Both the position numbers and the translations under genes were made by a program. Source: Sedimentisphaerales bacterium (GTDB lineage Bacteria; Planctomycetota; Phycisphaerae; Sedimentisphaerales; SM23-30). From it: a DNA stretch of 64,000 bases. Positions 31,343 to 42,106 of the stretch are shown one piece after another; position 1 is the stretch's first letter, and every line of letters starts with the position of its first letter. The stretch covers positions 96,218 through 160,217 of the forward strand of contig CAXXFK010000021.1 in the NCBI GenBank assembly GCA_963663965.2. Reading direction: 5' to 3'. The notes beneath the pieces are model-generated. The model did not search any database. It was not told where the DNA came from and saw nothing but the letters and a program-made list of their open reading frames with translations.

Positions 31343-31908
31343 TGCTTAACTCCTGATGACTATAATCCATTATTCATACTCAATTCACGCTTGGTATTAG
31401 CTTGCAAGCTAACGAATCCAGAGGATACCGGAAAATTTCACCCGATCGCCATAACTCAAATGTCGCTGCTAAACATCTCAGACAACAATCTTGCCATCCA
31501 GCCGGGCATAAATACTGTTAACAATATCAAATAGCCATGAATCATTTGGATTCACTGTTAAATACACCCAACCCCAATCGATCTTGCGCTTAAAATTTAA
31601 CAAATAACCATTTTTTCCTCTACCCGGCCATTACAGAAAAAATCATTACCCACCCCCCACAGACCCTCTACAGAAAACCAGACCATTAATTCTTTTAAAA
31701 ACAATACGTTATAAACCATAACGGCAATATCCCACCCGGACGAATCCACAAACAATACCGACACAGAAATAAAAACACCCCACACCCGTTTAACTATCAA
31801 CGGCATTAACAGCTCTGTTCATTGGTATCATGGTTTTGCAGGATCGATATCGATATTCTGCGCCAATGATTTCTCTGAAAATCCAATCCGGCCACCAAAG
31901 GAATTATC

Positions 31909-34172
31909 ATGAAAACGCTTTTTCACTACTGCCCTTTCTGGGCATTCCTGATAATAACCGGCATCTTACCGATATCAGACACCGGGCACACGACCCTCTA
32001 TGCCGATATGACCATCGATTCCCCCGTAACCTTTCCAGAAAAGGGCCCTTTGCCCTCCCGGTATCCGCCCGATGTAAAAAACCAGAACTTTGATGCTGGC
32101 GAACCCGATTATTATCTCTTTTCCAGTCCGGTTCGATCCCTGCAACAAATCAAAACCATACAAACCGCCATGCCGCCGGGCTATTTCACGCCGCTAACGA
32201 ATAACTGGCAATTCCTGCCCCAGACTCATCGCATCCTCACCGAAGGGGGCAACCTGCATATCATGGCCATCGGCGATAGTATCGTCAACGACACCATGCG
32301 CAGCGGTTGGGTCGCGCTCCTGCAGGAAGCCTGTCCCAAAGCCCAGATCACCACCACCGTCTATGTTCGCGGCAGCGGCGGCTGTCAGCACTTCAAAGAA
32401 AACAACCGGATCGTCAACCAGGTCATTCCGCGCCGCCCCGACCTGGTCTTTCTCGGCGGTATCAGCCAGGCCGATATCGATAGCATCGCCACCGTAATCG
32501 ACCAGTTGCGTACCGCCCTGCCCACCGTCGAAATCCTGCTGGGTACCGGCTCCTTTGGCGCTGCCGATCCACGCGTCCCGGCCGAACTGGCCCGCGCCCA
32601 TTATTCCGGAACCGGCGACTATGGCCGCGCCCTGCGCAAACTTGCCGCTCGCAAACAAACAGCTTTTCTCGATCTCACCACTCCCTGGGCCCAGTACCTC
32701 AACTCATCCGGCCAACATCCCCACCGGTTCTATCGCGATATCGTCCACGCCAACGAGTTCGGCGAACAGGTACTCGCCAGAATCTTTATGAGCTTCTGGC
32801 AACCGCAAGCCCCCGCCAGCACAAAAACCCTTGCGGCTCTTACCGGATAACCCGCGGTATTTCACCGCCGACGGCATCCATGCCTTATACCTGACCGGAT
32901 CGCACACCTGGCACAATTTACAGGATGGCGGCCTGACCAACCCTCCCCAGCCATTCGATTATGATGAGTTTCTGGATTTTCTCACCCGGGCCAACCACAA
33001 CTTCTTCCGGCTCTGGGCCTGGGAAAGCGACCGAGAAACCTGGGATACCCAACCCCGCTGGGTCCATCCCCTGCCCTACCTGCGAACCGGCCCGGCCCAG
33101 ACACCCGACGGCAAGTTGCGTTTCGATCTGAACCGGTTCGATCCCGATTATTTCCAAAGACTGCGCGACCGGGTCGAAGCCGCCCGGCAGCGCGGCTTCT
33201 ATGTCGGCATCATGCTGTTTCAGGGCTTCAGTGTCGCAAAAAAAATCGCCCGGCGCCAAAGGCTCTCCCTGGCCGGGCCACCCCTATCACCGCGACAACA
33301 ATATCAACGGCATCGATGGCGATCCTGATAACGATGGCAACGGTTATGAAGTTCACACCCTGACCATCCCCGCTATTACCGCGTTACAGGAAGCCTATAT
33401 CCGCAAGGTCATCGAAACCGTTGGCGACTTTGACAATATCATCTACGAGATTTCCAACGAAAGCCACGGCAACTCAACCGACTGGCAGTTTCATATGATC
33501 AACTTTATCAAAAAGTGCGAACATTCCCGCCCCATGCGGCATCCCGTCTGGATGACCTTTCAATACGACAAAACCTTCGGGCCGGGCACCAACCAGACCT
33601 TGTTCGACAGCCCCGCTGAAGCCATTTCACCCAATTCGATCATAGGCAGGAAAGAAGTCTACCGATCCAACCCGCCCGCGGCCGATGGCTCCAAAGTCAT
33701 TTTGCTGGATACCGATCATCTCTGGGGTATTGGCGGCGATGCCGTCTGGGTCTGGAAAGCGTTTACCCGCGGTATGAATCCGCTCTTCATGGACCCCTCT
33801 AAAAGAGAAGCGCCTCTGGATCAATTCGGCCTCAGTTCCAAATGGGATGGCATCCGGGCCGCTATGGGTATCACCCTGAAACTGGCTGAACGTATCGATC
33901 TGGCCACCCTCACCCCACAACCCGGCCTGGCCGACACCGGATATTGCCTGGCTTCCCCCGGCCGGAAATACCTGGTTTATCTACCTGACGGTGGCGAAGC
34001 CACCCTGAATCTAACTGGTATAAACGGCGAGTTCAACGTCCAGTGGGTTCATCCAACCCAGGGCACTCTCTCCTCTATTACGACCATCCCCGGCGATGCC
34101 AGACAAACGCTCAAAGCCCCTTACCCCGGCCACGCCGCAGTCTATGTATGGACCTCATCCCCAAACGATTGA
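31909..34172 (+). CDS. SGNH hydrolase domain followed by a DUF4038/GH140-like glycoside hydrolase with a collagen-binding-like C-terminus; probably one gene with two +1 frameshifts
   Basis: GDSI and D.VH (SGNH); PDNPRYF, RFDL.RFDP.YF.RL, YEISNE. Frames join at A-runs near 32823-32827 and 33238-33245. Confidence 0.65.
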
Positions 34173-34218
34173 CCAGAACCATTCTGATCCGGCGTTGCCG
34201 ATATTGGAGACACCCATC

Positions 34219-35583
34219 ATGACAAAGCGATTCAAATCTATCCATCCCAAAACCTTGGCCGTAGTAGCCACAATTATATGGATAACACTATGCCGCTTGC
34301 CAGTCCGCGCCGACCAGCCAAAACCTTTCGAAACCGATGCCCGTAAATTGCCGGCCGACACCCTGACTGTTACCCCCTGGCAAACCATCACCATCGACGA
34401 ATACGGCGGCAACTGGGTTGTTGCCGGTGATGTAGATAACGACGACGAAATCGAAATCGTCTCCGCTCGCAACTTCGACGAAAATGACAACCACTTCACC
34501 TCGTCTGTCTCAGTCCAGAAACTCGACGGCAGCGTCCTCTGGCGCTGGGGCGATTCCCAGCTCGGCCGCCGGCCGCTCCATCACGATGTGGCTTGCCAGA
34601 TCCACGACATCGACAATAACGGCGCCAATGAGGTCATCGTCGCGGCCGACCGGCAATTAATCATCCTCAATGGCCGCACCGGAAAAGTCTGGAAATCTTT
34701 TCCCATCGAACAGCACGCCGGCGATTGTGTCCTGTTCGCCGACCTCTCAGGCAAAGGCTGGCCTTCGGACATTCTGGTCAAGAACCGCTACAAACAGATC
34801 TGGGCATACTCCACCGACGGCCAACGGCTCTGGACCGTCACAGAGCCCGGTGGCTACCGAACCGCCCATCAACCCTTTCCCGTCGATCTGGATGGCGATG
34901 GCCGCGATGAAATCCTCGCCGGCTACGCCGCACTGAACGCCGATGGCTCCATTCGCTGGACCCTCCAACCCGAAAAGGGGCAGAAATTAGGCGGACACGC
35001 GGATTGCTGGCGCGTCGTCAACCTGGCCCCCAAACCCGAAGACACCCGACTCATCCTGACCATGTGCGGCGGCAATACGCTGGTCCTGACCGATGGCAAT
35101 GGTCAACCCATCTGGCGCGCGACCGGTCAACACTACGAATCGGTCGATGTCGGCAATATCCGCCCCGACCTGCCCGGCCTGGAACTGGTTGTGGATATCG
35201 ACCATCTGCCCAACCCTCCCAAACCTCTCTGCCTGTTCGACCAGCAAGGCAACCCGCTGGGCCGGATCAACACCAGCTACTGCCGCAGCCATATGCTGGT
35301 TGACTGGAACAACGATGGCCTCATGGAGATCGGCACATTCATCCCCCCTTCTCTCTATGATGGCCACGGTCAACCCATCTGCCGCTTCGTTACCGCCCAG
35401 GGCGAAAACCCCACCCTGATCGCCCCCGTCGACCTCACCGGCTCCGGCATGCGCGATGTCCTTTTAGCAACAGCCAAAAATGACACCCTCAAAGTCTATC
35501 TCTATAAAAACAGTAATCCCTCCTCCTCTGGCAAACAACCGAAACATCCAACAGGAACCGGCCCGAATTTCACATTATATTAA
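34219..35583 (+). CDS. Secreted beta-propeller protein with FG-GAP/VCBS-like Ca-binding repeats (distantly PL11 rhamnogalacturonan lyase-like)
   Basis: GDVDNDDEIE, DIDNNGANE, DLDGDGRDE, DWNNDGLME repeats; GGAGA RBS before ATG 34219. Confidence 0.65.
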   Translation: MTKRFKSIHPKTLAVVATIIWITLCRLPVRADQPKPFETDARKLPADTLTVTPWQTITIDEYGGNWVVAGDVDNDDEIEIVSARNFDENDNHFTSSVSVQKLDGSVLWRWGDSQLGRRPLHHDVACQIHDIDNNGANEVIVAADRQLIILNGRTGKVWKSFPIEQHAGDCVLFADLSGKGWPSDILVKNRYKQIWAYSTDGQRLWTVTEPGGYRTAHQPFPVDLDGDGRDEILAGYAALNADGSIRWTLQPEKGQKLGGHADCWRVVNLAPKPEDTRLILTMCGGNTLVLTDGNGQPIWRATGQHYESVDVGNIRPDLPGLELVVDIDHLPNPPKPLCLFDQQGNPLGRINTSYCRSHMLVDWNNDGLMEIGTFIPPSLYDGHGQPICRFVTAQGENPTLIAPVDLTGSGMRDVLLATAKNDTLKVYLYKNSNPSSSGKQPKHPTGTGPNFTLY

Positions 35584-35688
35584 TCGCAACCAATACCAAT
35601 AACCCGGCGTCAGAATAACAACTTGCCCCAAGCCCTGTTTATCAGTAACATACAAACTAATAACTATTTTTCATAAAGGTAATTCAGC

Positions 35689-37068
35689 ATGAATAAATCA
35701 CTATCGATCATAACGCTTATCCTGATTATAACGGTTATCACCCTGGCAATACCTGGTCCGATAACTGCCGCCACCCCCGACCGCCCCAATATCATCTTCG
35801 TCCTCACCGACGATTTCGGCTGGGGCGATCTCGGCAGCTACGGCGGCCAGTTTGTCCCCACCCCCAATATGGACCGCATGGCGCAAGAGGGCATCCGGCT
35901 CACTCAGTTTTACGTCGCCGCGCCCATCTGCTCACCTTCACGAGTTGGCTGCACCACCGGACTCTTTCCGGCCCGCTGCCGCATCACCAGCTATCTCCAG
36001 ACCCGCAAAGGCAACGCCGAATGCGGCCAGGCCGACTTCCTCGATCCCAAATTCCCCACCCTGCCGCGCCTGCTCCAATCCGGCGGCTACGCCACCGCCC
36101 ACATCGGCAAATGGCACATGGGCGGCGGCCGCGACGTCGACAACGCCCCTTCCATCCGCGAATACGGATTCGATGAATGGGTCAGTACCTGGGAAAGCCC
36201 CGATCCCCATCCCGATATCACCGCCTCCGACTGGATCTGGTCCGATCAGGACAAGGTCAAACGCTGGGACCGGACCGCCTTCTTCGTCGATAAAACCCTG
36301 GACTTCCTGCGCCGCCATAAAGACCAGCCCTGCTATGTCAATCTCTGGCCGGATGACACCCATACCCCCTTTGTCCCCAGCCCGGCCATGAAAGCCAGAT
36401 ACCAGGCCGGCAACAACCGCTCCGGCGAACCCAACTTCAAAGGCGTTCTCGAAGAATACGACCGTCAGATGGGCCGCCTGCTGGATGGCTTGCGCGAACT
36501 GGGAATCGAAAAAAACACCCTGGTCATCTTCACCGGCGACAACGGCCCGGCCCCCACCTACGACCACCGCCGCACTGCCGGCCTGCGCGGCTCCAAGCTC
36601 AGCCTCTACGAAGGCGGCAACCGCCAGCCCATGCTGGTCTGGTGGCCTGGCCACGCCCCCGCCGGCAAGGTCAACACCACCACCGTCATGAGTACGGTCG
36701 ACTTGCTGCCCTCATTCTGCCGGATCGCCGGTGTCCCGGTCCCGGCCGCCGTGACCGAATCGATCGACGGCCAGGATCTCAGCCCCGTCTTTACCGGCCA
36801 ACAACCCCTGCGCACCAAAACCCTCATCTGGGAATACGGCCGCAACAACACCTCCTTCGCTTATCCCCAGGACCCCGCCGACCGCAGTCCCAACCTCGCC
36901 CTCCGCGATGGCAACTGGAAGTTCCTCATCAACGCCGATGGCGCCGGCCCCGAACTCTACGACCTTGCCACCGACCCCAACGAACTGACTAACCTCGCCG
37001 AAAAAAATCCCACCCTGGTCCAGACCTACCGCGAAAAACTCCTGACCTGGCGCAAAGCCATGCCCTGA
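35689..37068 (+). CDS. Formylglycine-dependent sulfatase
   Basis: PNIIFVLTDD, CSPSR, GKWH, GDNG, LYEGG; signal peptide. Confidence 0.95.
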   Translation: MNKSLSIITLILIITVITLAIPGPITAATPDRPNIIFVLTDDFGWGDLGSYGGQFVPTPNMDRMAQEGIRLTQFYVAAPICSPSRVGCTTGLFPARCRITSYLQTRKGNAECGQADFLDPKFPTLPRLLQSGGYATAHIGKWHMGGGRDVDNAPSIREYGFDEWVSTWESPDPHPDITASDWIWSDQDKVKRWDRTAFFVDKTLDFLRRHKDQPCYVNLWPDDTHTPFVPSPAMKARYQAGNNRSGEPNFKGVLEEYDRQMGRLLDGLRELGIEKNTLVIFTGDNGPAPTYDHRRTAGLRGSKLSLYEGGNRQPMLVWWPGHAPAGKVNTTTVMSTVDLLPSFCRIAGVPVPAAVTESIDGQDLSPVFTGQQPLRTKTLIWEYGRNNTSFAYPQDPADRSPNLALRDGNWKFLINADGAGPELYDLATDPNELTNLAEKNPTLVQTYREKLLTWRKAMP

Positions 37069-37474
37069 TCATTTCAGGAATACTCCCCGAGATCGACATA
37101 ACTTATCAGACCTCCACCCGCTATCTCCCAATCTAATTTAGCCAGGGTATACCCCACGTCTGCATCCACAACCATGCCCCTGATAGCGATAACACATTGT
37201 ATTTAAACGGGTTGTGCGATCCAGCCTCTTGCGGATCGCATGATTTCTTTCCTTGTTCAAGTATTCCGGGAATCCATAAAAGACGATACGAATAGTGTTT
37301 AGTACTTCCTGACAATATCGCCGCATACTGACGCGAACATTGTCAGGATATATTCAGGCAGATTTCCCAGGGCTTGTCAGAGGAAATTCGTTCTGGTCGG
37401 GGTAGCCTGTTATTCTATTATCCGGCGACAAGGACTATTTCGCCGGCTATCTTGAATATGACCGGAGAAAAATC

Positions 37475-39217
37475 ATGCAATGGTTGTTCCCATCAGTGGT
37501 CGCCACGCTTGCCGGAACCCTGATCCAGACGTTGACGTACTGCTACCTGTATTATCGTGAGCGGCATAAGAGCCTGGCCTTATGGTCGATCGCCTGGTCG
37601 ATTTACGTATTGCGTTTTGTTTTCCTGCTATTAGACCTCCAATCCCCATCACCGGTCTTTCTGATTCTCAATCAAACCAGTTCTCTTCTTAACGGCTTTT
37701 TCCTGCTCTGGGGCATTTACGCCTGGACAGAAAAACGTTTCTCTCCCTATTGGTTCCTGATCCTGCTGGCCGGTCCCGCCTGGATCGTTTGCACCATTCT
37801 GACTCAACAACCTTTCTTACTTATGTCGATCCCGACGTTCACCCTGATCGGCATCACTAATATCTTTACTGGTATCGTCTTCATGAGAAACCGCAATGTG
37901 GATGAACTGGGCCAATGGTTTGTGGGTATCGTTTTTATCCTTTGGGGAATCCACAAACTGGACTACCCTTTTCTGCGACCCATCGAATGGTTGGCGCCGT
38001 GGGGGTACCTGCTGGGCGCCTTTTTCTCGTTCTTCATCGCCCTGGGATTTCTGGTAATCTATCTTGATCGCAACCGTCGCGAATTATTCGAAAGTCGCGA
38101 ACTCCTCCGCTCCATTTACATCGGCGCCGATACCGTCTCCCTGATTATCGCCGATCTGCAGGGAATTCATGCCAGAATACTGACATTCAGTCCCGGGGCC
38201 GAAAAAATGTTCGGCTATCGCGCCAAAGATGTAATCGGCCATGAAGTCGCCATCCTGCATACCCCGGAAGATGTCTTGAAATTCCCAAAGATGCAACGTG
38301 ATATCCGGGAGAAAAAAATCGGATTCACCGGCGAAGTCACCCTGGTTCGTAAGAATGGCGAACCGTTTCCCGCCCTCTTCGCCCTGCGTCCCATCTGCGA
38401 CCAAAAAGGCAATGTCATCAGCGCCATGGGCATCGCTTCCGACATCACCGAACTGAAAAACAGCCGGCGCGACCGGGAAAACCTGATCAATGAATTGAGT
38501 CTGAAAAATACGCAGCTCGAACAATTTGTCTATACCGTCTCTCATGACCTGAAATCCCCCCTCATTACCATCAGTGGTTTCCTGGGCATGCTGAAAGCCG
38601 ACCTGCAAAAAGGTAAAAACGACCAGGTCCAGGAGGATATCACCACCATTCAATCCGCCGTGGATCGTATGAACGCGCTGCTGGCGAGCCTGCTCGAACT
38701 CTCCCGCAGTGGCCGGGAACTGGGTGAGATGACCGAAGTCGATATGAACGAAGTGGGCGCGGAAGTCCTCGAAATACTGAATGGCGCTGTACGAAAAAAT
38801 GCGGTTCGGGTCGATCTCGCCCCGGACTTGCCCCCGGTCAAAGGCGATCACCAGCGAATCGTTCAGGTCTTGCAGAATCTCGTTGACAACGCCATAAAAT
38901 ATATGGGCGACCAGACCCATCCCCGCATCCAGGTGGGCTGGAAAAAAGAACCTGACAATCAAACCATTCGTTTCTTCGTTAAGGATAACGGCATGGGCAT
39001 TGATCCCGTTTGTCAGGACCGAATCTTCAATCTGTTCGAAAAACTCTCACCCAACGGCTCAGGAACAGGCATCGGTCTGGCCGTGGTAAAACGAATCGTC
39101 GAACTGCACGGCGGCTCCGTCTGGGTAGAATCCAACGACCCGGATGAAGGCTCCACCTTCTTTTTCACCTTGCCCTGTTATCTTGCGGAATCGCCGGTTA
39201 TGGCAGCAACGGAATAA
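37475..39217 (+). CDS. Multi-TM PAS-domain sensor histidine kinase
   Basis: About 7 TM helices, PAS, SHDLKSPL H-box, NLVDNAIKY, DNGMGI, GTGIGL. Confidence 0.93.
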   Translation: MQWLFPSVVATLAGTLIQTLTYCYLYYRERHKSLALWSIAWSIYVLRFVFLLLDLQSPSPVFLILNQTSSLLNGFFLLWGIYAWTEKRFSPYWFLILLAGPAWIVCTILTQQPFLLMSIPTFTLIGITNIFTGIVFMRNRNVDELGQWFVGIVFILWGIHKLDYPFLRPIEWLAPWGYLLGAFFSFFIALGFLVIYLDRNRRELFESRELLRSIYIGADTVSLIIADLQGIHARILTFSPGAEKMFGYRAKDVIGHEVAILHTPEDVLKFPKMQRDIREKKIGFTGEVTLVRKNGEPFPALFALRPICDQKGNVISAMGIASDITELKNSRRDRENLINELSLKNTQLEQFVYTVSHDLKSPLITISGFLGMLKADLQKGKNDQVQEDITTIQSAVDRMNALLASLLELSRSGRELGEMTEVDMNEVGAEVLEILNGAVRKNAVRVDLAPDLPPVKGDHQRIVQVLQNLVDNAIKYMGDQTHPRIQVGWKKEPDNQTIRFFVKDNGMGIDPVCQDRIFNLFEKLSPNGSGTGIGLAVVKRIVELHGGSVWVESNDPDEGSTFFFTLPCYLAESPVMAATE

Positions 39218-39586
39218 CGAATCCCACTTCAATCCACTCACGCGCCCAAAAAGCGCACCCCCCCGATTCAATCTTCCCACTGGTCTGGCCCGCGTCCATC
39301 AACCAATATTAACATAACCGCTTATTATTCAAACAGATAAACAGAAATCCACGATATGCCGGCCGGCTCATAATCCAAAATACCCGTATTTTTTCGGTTT
39401 TTTTGGTCGCAAAACCCCTCTCGCCCTCACTATTGATTGAAAACCGCAAATTGACAATGTTATATATACCGTTTACGACTGAAAATGCCCGCCTGGCCGT
39501 GAAATAAGTCTTTTACGAGTCATCTGTTGTGCTGCGAGCGATCAGAAATTTTCATACCCATTGGGTATATATCGAGGTATTTGACA

Positions 39587-40120
39587 ATGGAAAAGGATCT
39601 TTACTATGTAACGCGATGTCTGGATGGCCACCCGGACGACTTCCGCTATCTGGTACGCCGCTATCAACCCATCCTGGTCGCCCATCTTGCCGGCAAGCTG
39701 GGCAACCGCGATCAGGCTGAAGAGGCGGCCCAGGAAAGCCTGGTTCGGGCCTTTTTCAACATGGGCAATCTGAAACAACCGGACAAGTTCTTCTCCTGGT
39801 TGCTGGGCATTGGCGAACGCGTGGCCAAAGAACAGCAGCGCAAGGATAAGCATCGGCGACAACTCGAAAAAATTCACGAAGCCATGTCCGAAACCGCCCG
39901 GCCGGAACTCTCCCTGGACTTCGGCCTGGAATCCGCCGTCACGGCCCTGCCCGAACCCTATCATCAGGTCATCCTGCTCCGTTATTACGGCAACCTGTCC
40001 TGTAACGAGATTGTCGAACAACTCGGCATGCCTCTGGGAACCGTCACCAAAACTCTGTCAAGAGCCTATACCATGCTGCGAAAATCCATGCAGCACAGTC
40101 AAGATAAAATCGAGGTGTAA
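39587..40120 (+). CDS. ECF RNA polymerase sigma factor
   Basis: AEEAAQE...FFSWL region 2; LPEPY...LRYY...LGTVTKTLSRA region 4. Confidence 0.9.
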   Translation: MEKDLYYVTRCLDGHPDDFRYLVRRYQPILVAHLAGKLGNRDQAEEAAQESLVRAFFNMGNLKQPDKFFSWLLGIGERVAKEQQRKDKHRRQLEKIHEAMSETARPELSLDFGLESAVTALPEPYHQVILLRYYGNLSCNEIVEQLGMPLGTVTKTLSRAYTMLRKSMQHSQDKIEV

Positions 40121-40122
40121 TT

Positions 40123-41568
40123 ATGAACTGCACAAACTGTCAGGAACTGTTGGTATCGTATATCGAAGCGCTGCTTGATGACACGCAGACCGCACAAGTC
40201 GAAGAGCATGTCAAAAGCTGTCAACATTGTCAATTGGAACTGGAGAAGCTCCAGGATCTCCAGTTCCGTTTGCTCCAGGACGCTCAAGCCGCGTCGCAAA
40301 GCGACTTCGAAGACGATGTCATGACCCGAATCTTTAACAAACAGAATAGCGGGCTCAACCACGCGCCCCACCCGGGCGCCGGCCTGCGTATCAGGAGATT
40401 GATCATGAATAATCCACTCTCAAAAATAGCGGCGGTTATTGTCGCCGCATTTATATGTTTTTATGCCATCTCGGTATGGCCCGGCGGCCAGTCCGTATCC
40501 CTGGCCGAGGTCTGGACCCGAGTCAAGACGATACAGGCTTACAGGTACCGGGAGACCTCCCGGTCTCACAACGATCCCAAGGGAGACAGTACCTCTGATT
40601 GCACGGTGCTCACCTCCGAACAATACGGCCTGAAGAAAGAGTTAAACACCGTTCACTCCGCCGACAACAAAGCCACACAGATGCAGCTGTACTATCTGCC
40701 CCACGAGCAGAGTATGATCCTGATTAACGTAACCGACAAAATGTATACGCGCATGGACCTGGACGAAGCCACCCTGAACACGGTCAGGTTGGAAAGCTGT
40801 GATCCGCGTCTGATGGTCCAGCGGCTGCTGGATTGCGAGTATACTACCCTGAAACCCAAAACCATCGACAACAAAAAGGTCCAGGGCTACGAAACCCGCG
40901 ATCCCGATTATCTGAAGTTCACCGGCGATTCGTTTGTCGCCCGCTTGTGGGTGGATGTCGAGACGTTACTGCCGGTACGCCATGAAATCGATTTCGACTT
41001 CGGCGCCGGCTGGACCCGCCACCTGGCCCAGTACGATTACCAGTGGGATCTCACGGTCAGCGAATCCGACTTCACTCCCGAGGTCCCCTCCGACTTTAAT
41101 CCCGATCCAACCCATAACACCCAGGCTCCCTCCCTGAGCGAACAGGGCTTCATCGAGGTCCTGCAAATGGCCGCGGACCTGACCGGCAGCTATCCCGCCG
41201 AACTCAACACTCAGGGCCTCCAGCAACTCGCCGCCGGTATCAGCCGGGCCCTCATGACCGATGACAGCGCCCCCGCGCAGCGCTACCGTGAACAACTGGG
41301 CATGGACCGGTCCACAAAACCCTCCCCCCAGATCCAGCAGCAGCTCATCATGAAACTCACCACCCTCACCGCCTTCCCCCGCGTCCTGTCCCGGCAAAAC
41401 GCCGAACCCGTCTATCACGGCGATCTGGTCCGGCCCGGCGATAAACTCCTGCCCCTGATGCACTGGAAAACACCCCAAAACTCCCACCGCGTCCTCTTCG
41501 GCGACCTCCACCTCGAAACCGTCACCCCCGAACAACTCAACGAACTCCAGGCCGCCCTGCCCCAGTGA
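40123..41568 (+). CDS. Zinc-finger (HxxxCxxC) anti-sigma factor with a TM and a periplasmic domain
   Basis: MNC...HVKSCQHC, one TM, immediately downstream of the ECF sigma. Confidence 0.85.
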   Translation: MNCTNCQELLVSYIEALLDDTQTAQVEEHVKSCQHCQLELEKLQDLQFRLLQDAQAASQSDFEDDVMTRIFNKQNSGLNHAPHPGAGLRIRRLIMNNPLSKIAAVIVAAFICFYAISVWPGGQSVSLAEVWTRVKTIQAYRYRETSRSHNDPKGDSTSDCTVLTSEQYGLKKELNTVHSADNKATQMQLYYLPHEQSMILINVTDKMYTRMDLDEATLNTVRLESCDPRLMVQRLLDCEYTTLKPKTIDNKKVQGYETRDPDYLKFTGDSFVARLWVDVETLLPVRHEIDFDFGAGWTRHLAQYDYQWDLTVSESDFTPEVPSDFNPDPTHNTQAPSLSEQGFIEVLQMAADLTGSYPAELNTQGLQQLAAGISRALMTDDSAPAQRYREQLGMDRSTKPSPQIQQQLIMKLTTLTAFPRVLSRQNAEPVYHGDLVRPGDKLLPLMHWKTPQNSHRVLFGDLHLETVTPEQLNELQAALPQ

Positions 41569-41591
41569 TCCAACACAACAACTAACCCCAC

Positions 41592-41619
41592 GGCCGATCC
41601 CCCCGGATCGGCCTTTTTT
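41592..41619 (+). terminator. Intrinsic terminator
   Basis: ggccgatcc-cccc-ggatcggcc followed by T6. Confidence 0.85.
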
Positions 41620-41822
41620 CTTGCCATTAGCGATAAAACCCATTCCAGGCACTACTTTCAAGCGAAACTAGGCACATACATGAGCACAAAATAATTTCCG
41701 AATAAATTCGCAGTTTAGATGCCCCTCTTTGCGCCTTGTATTAATCCGGCTGTTTATAATTCTGAGATCTCAAATTTGAAATCAGGCATAACTATCGTAT
41801 TTAGATCCCATTGCATCAGAGA

Positions 41823-41905
41823 AGCCCGAAGGGCTGTCAGTCTCTAGCCGGTACCGTAAGGTTCCGGAAAGATTCTTGGATATGATCATAAGGCCCGCAG
41901 GGCCG
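41823..41905 (+). repeat. REP-like multi-hairpin element
   Basis: agccc-gaa-gggct, 9 nt, TAGCCgg..ccgtaagg..ccgg, then ggccc-gca-gggcc; same layout as 44766-44860. Confidence 0.6.
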
Positions 41906-42106
41906 AAAGACACCAAACGCTCCCGGCTAAATATCGCCATCAACCACCCCCTTCCCCCTTCGCGATTAACTAGCTGTTCCATTTTTCAAATCTCTAATTG
42001 CTTTCCCCCATATAATTTATCCTGTCGGTCAGCTGAAAGTACCGGATATTGAACAAAGCGAAATCCCGAAAAACAAGCCGAAAGTGATCTTCACCAAAAT
42101 GTGTAT

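Noticed and set aside
37215..37348. ncRNA or riboswitch between the sulfatase and the kinase (two hairpins)
   Set aside because: Stems tgcgatcc/ggatcgca and tcctgacaat/attgtcagga exist but match no family I recognise; insufficient support.
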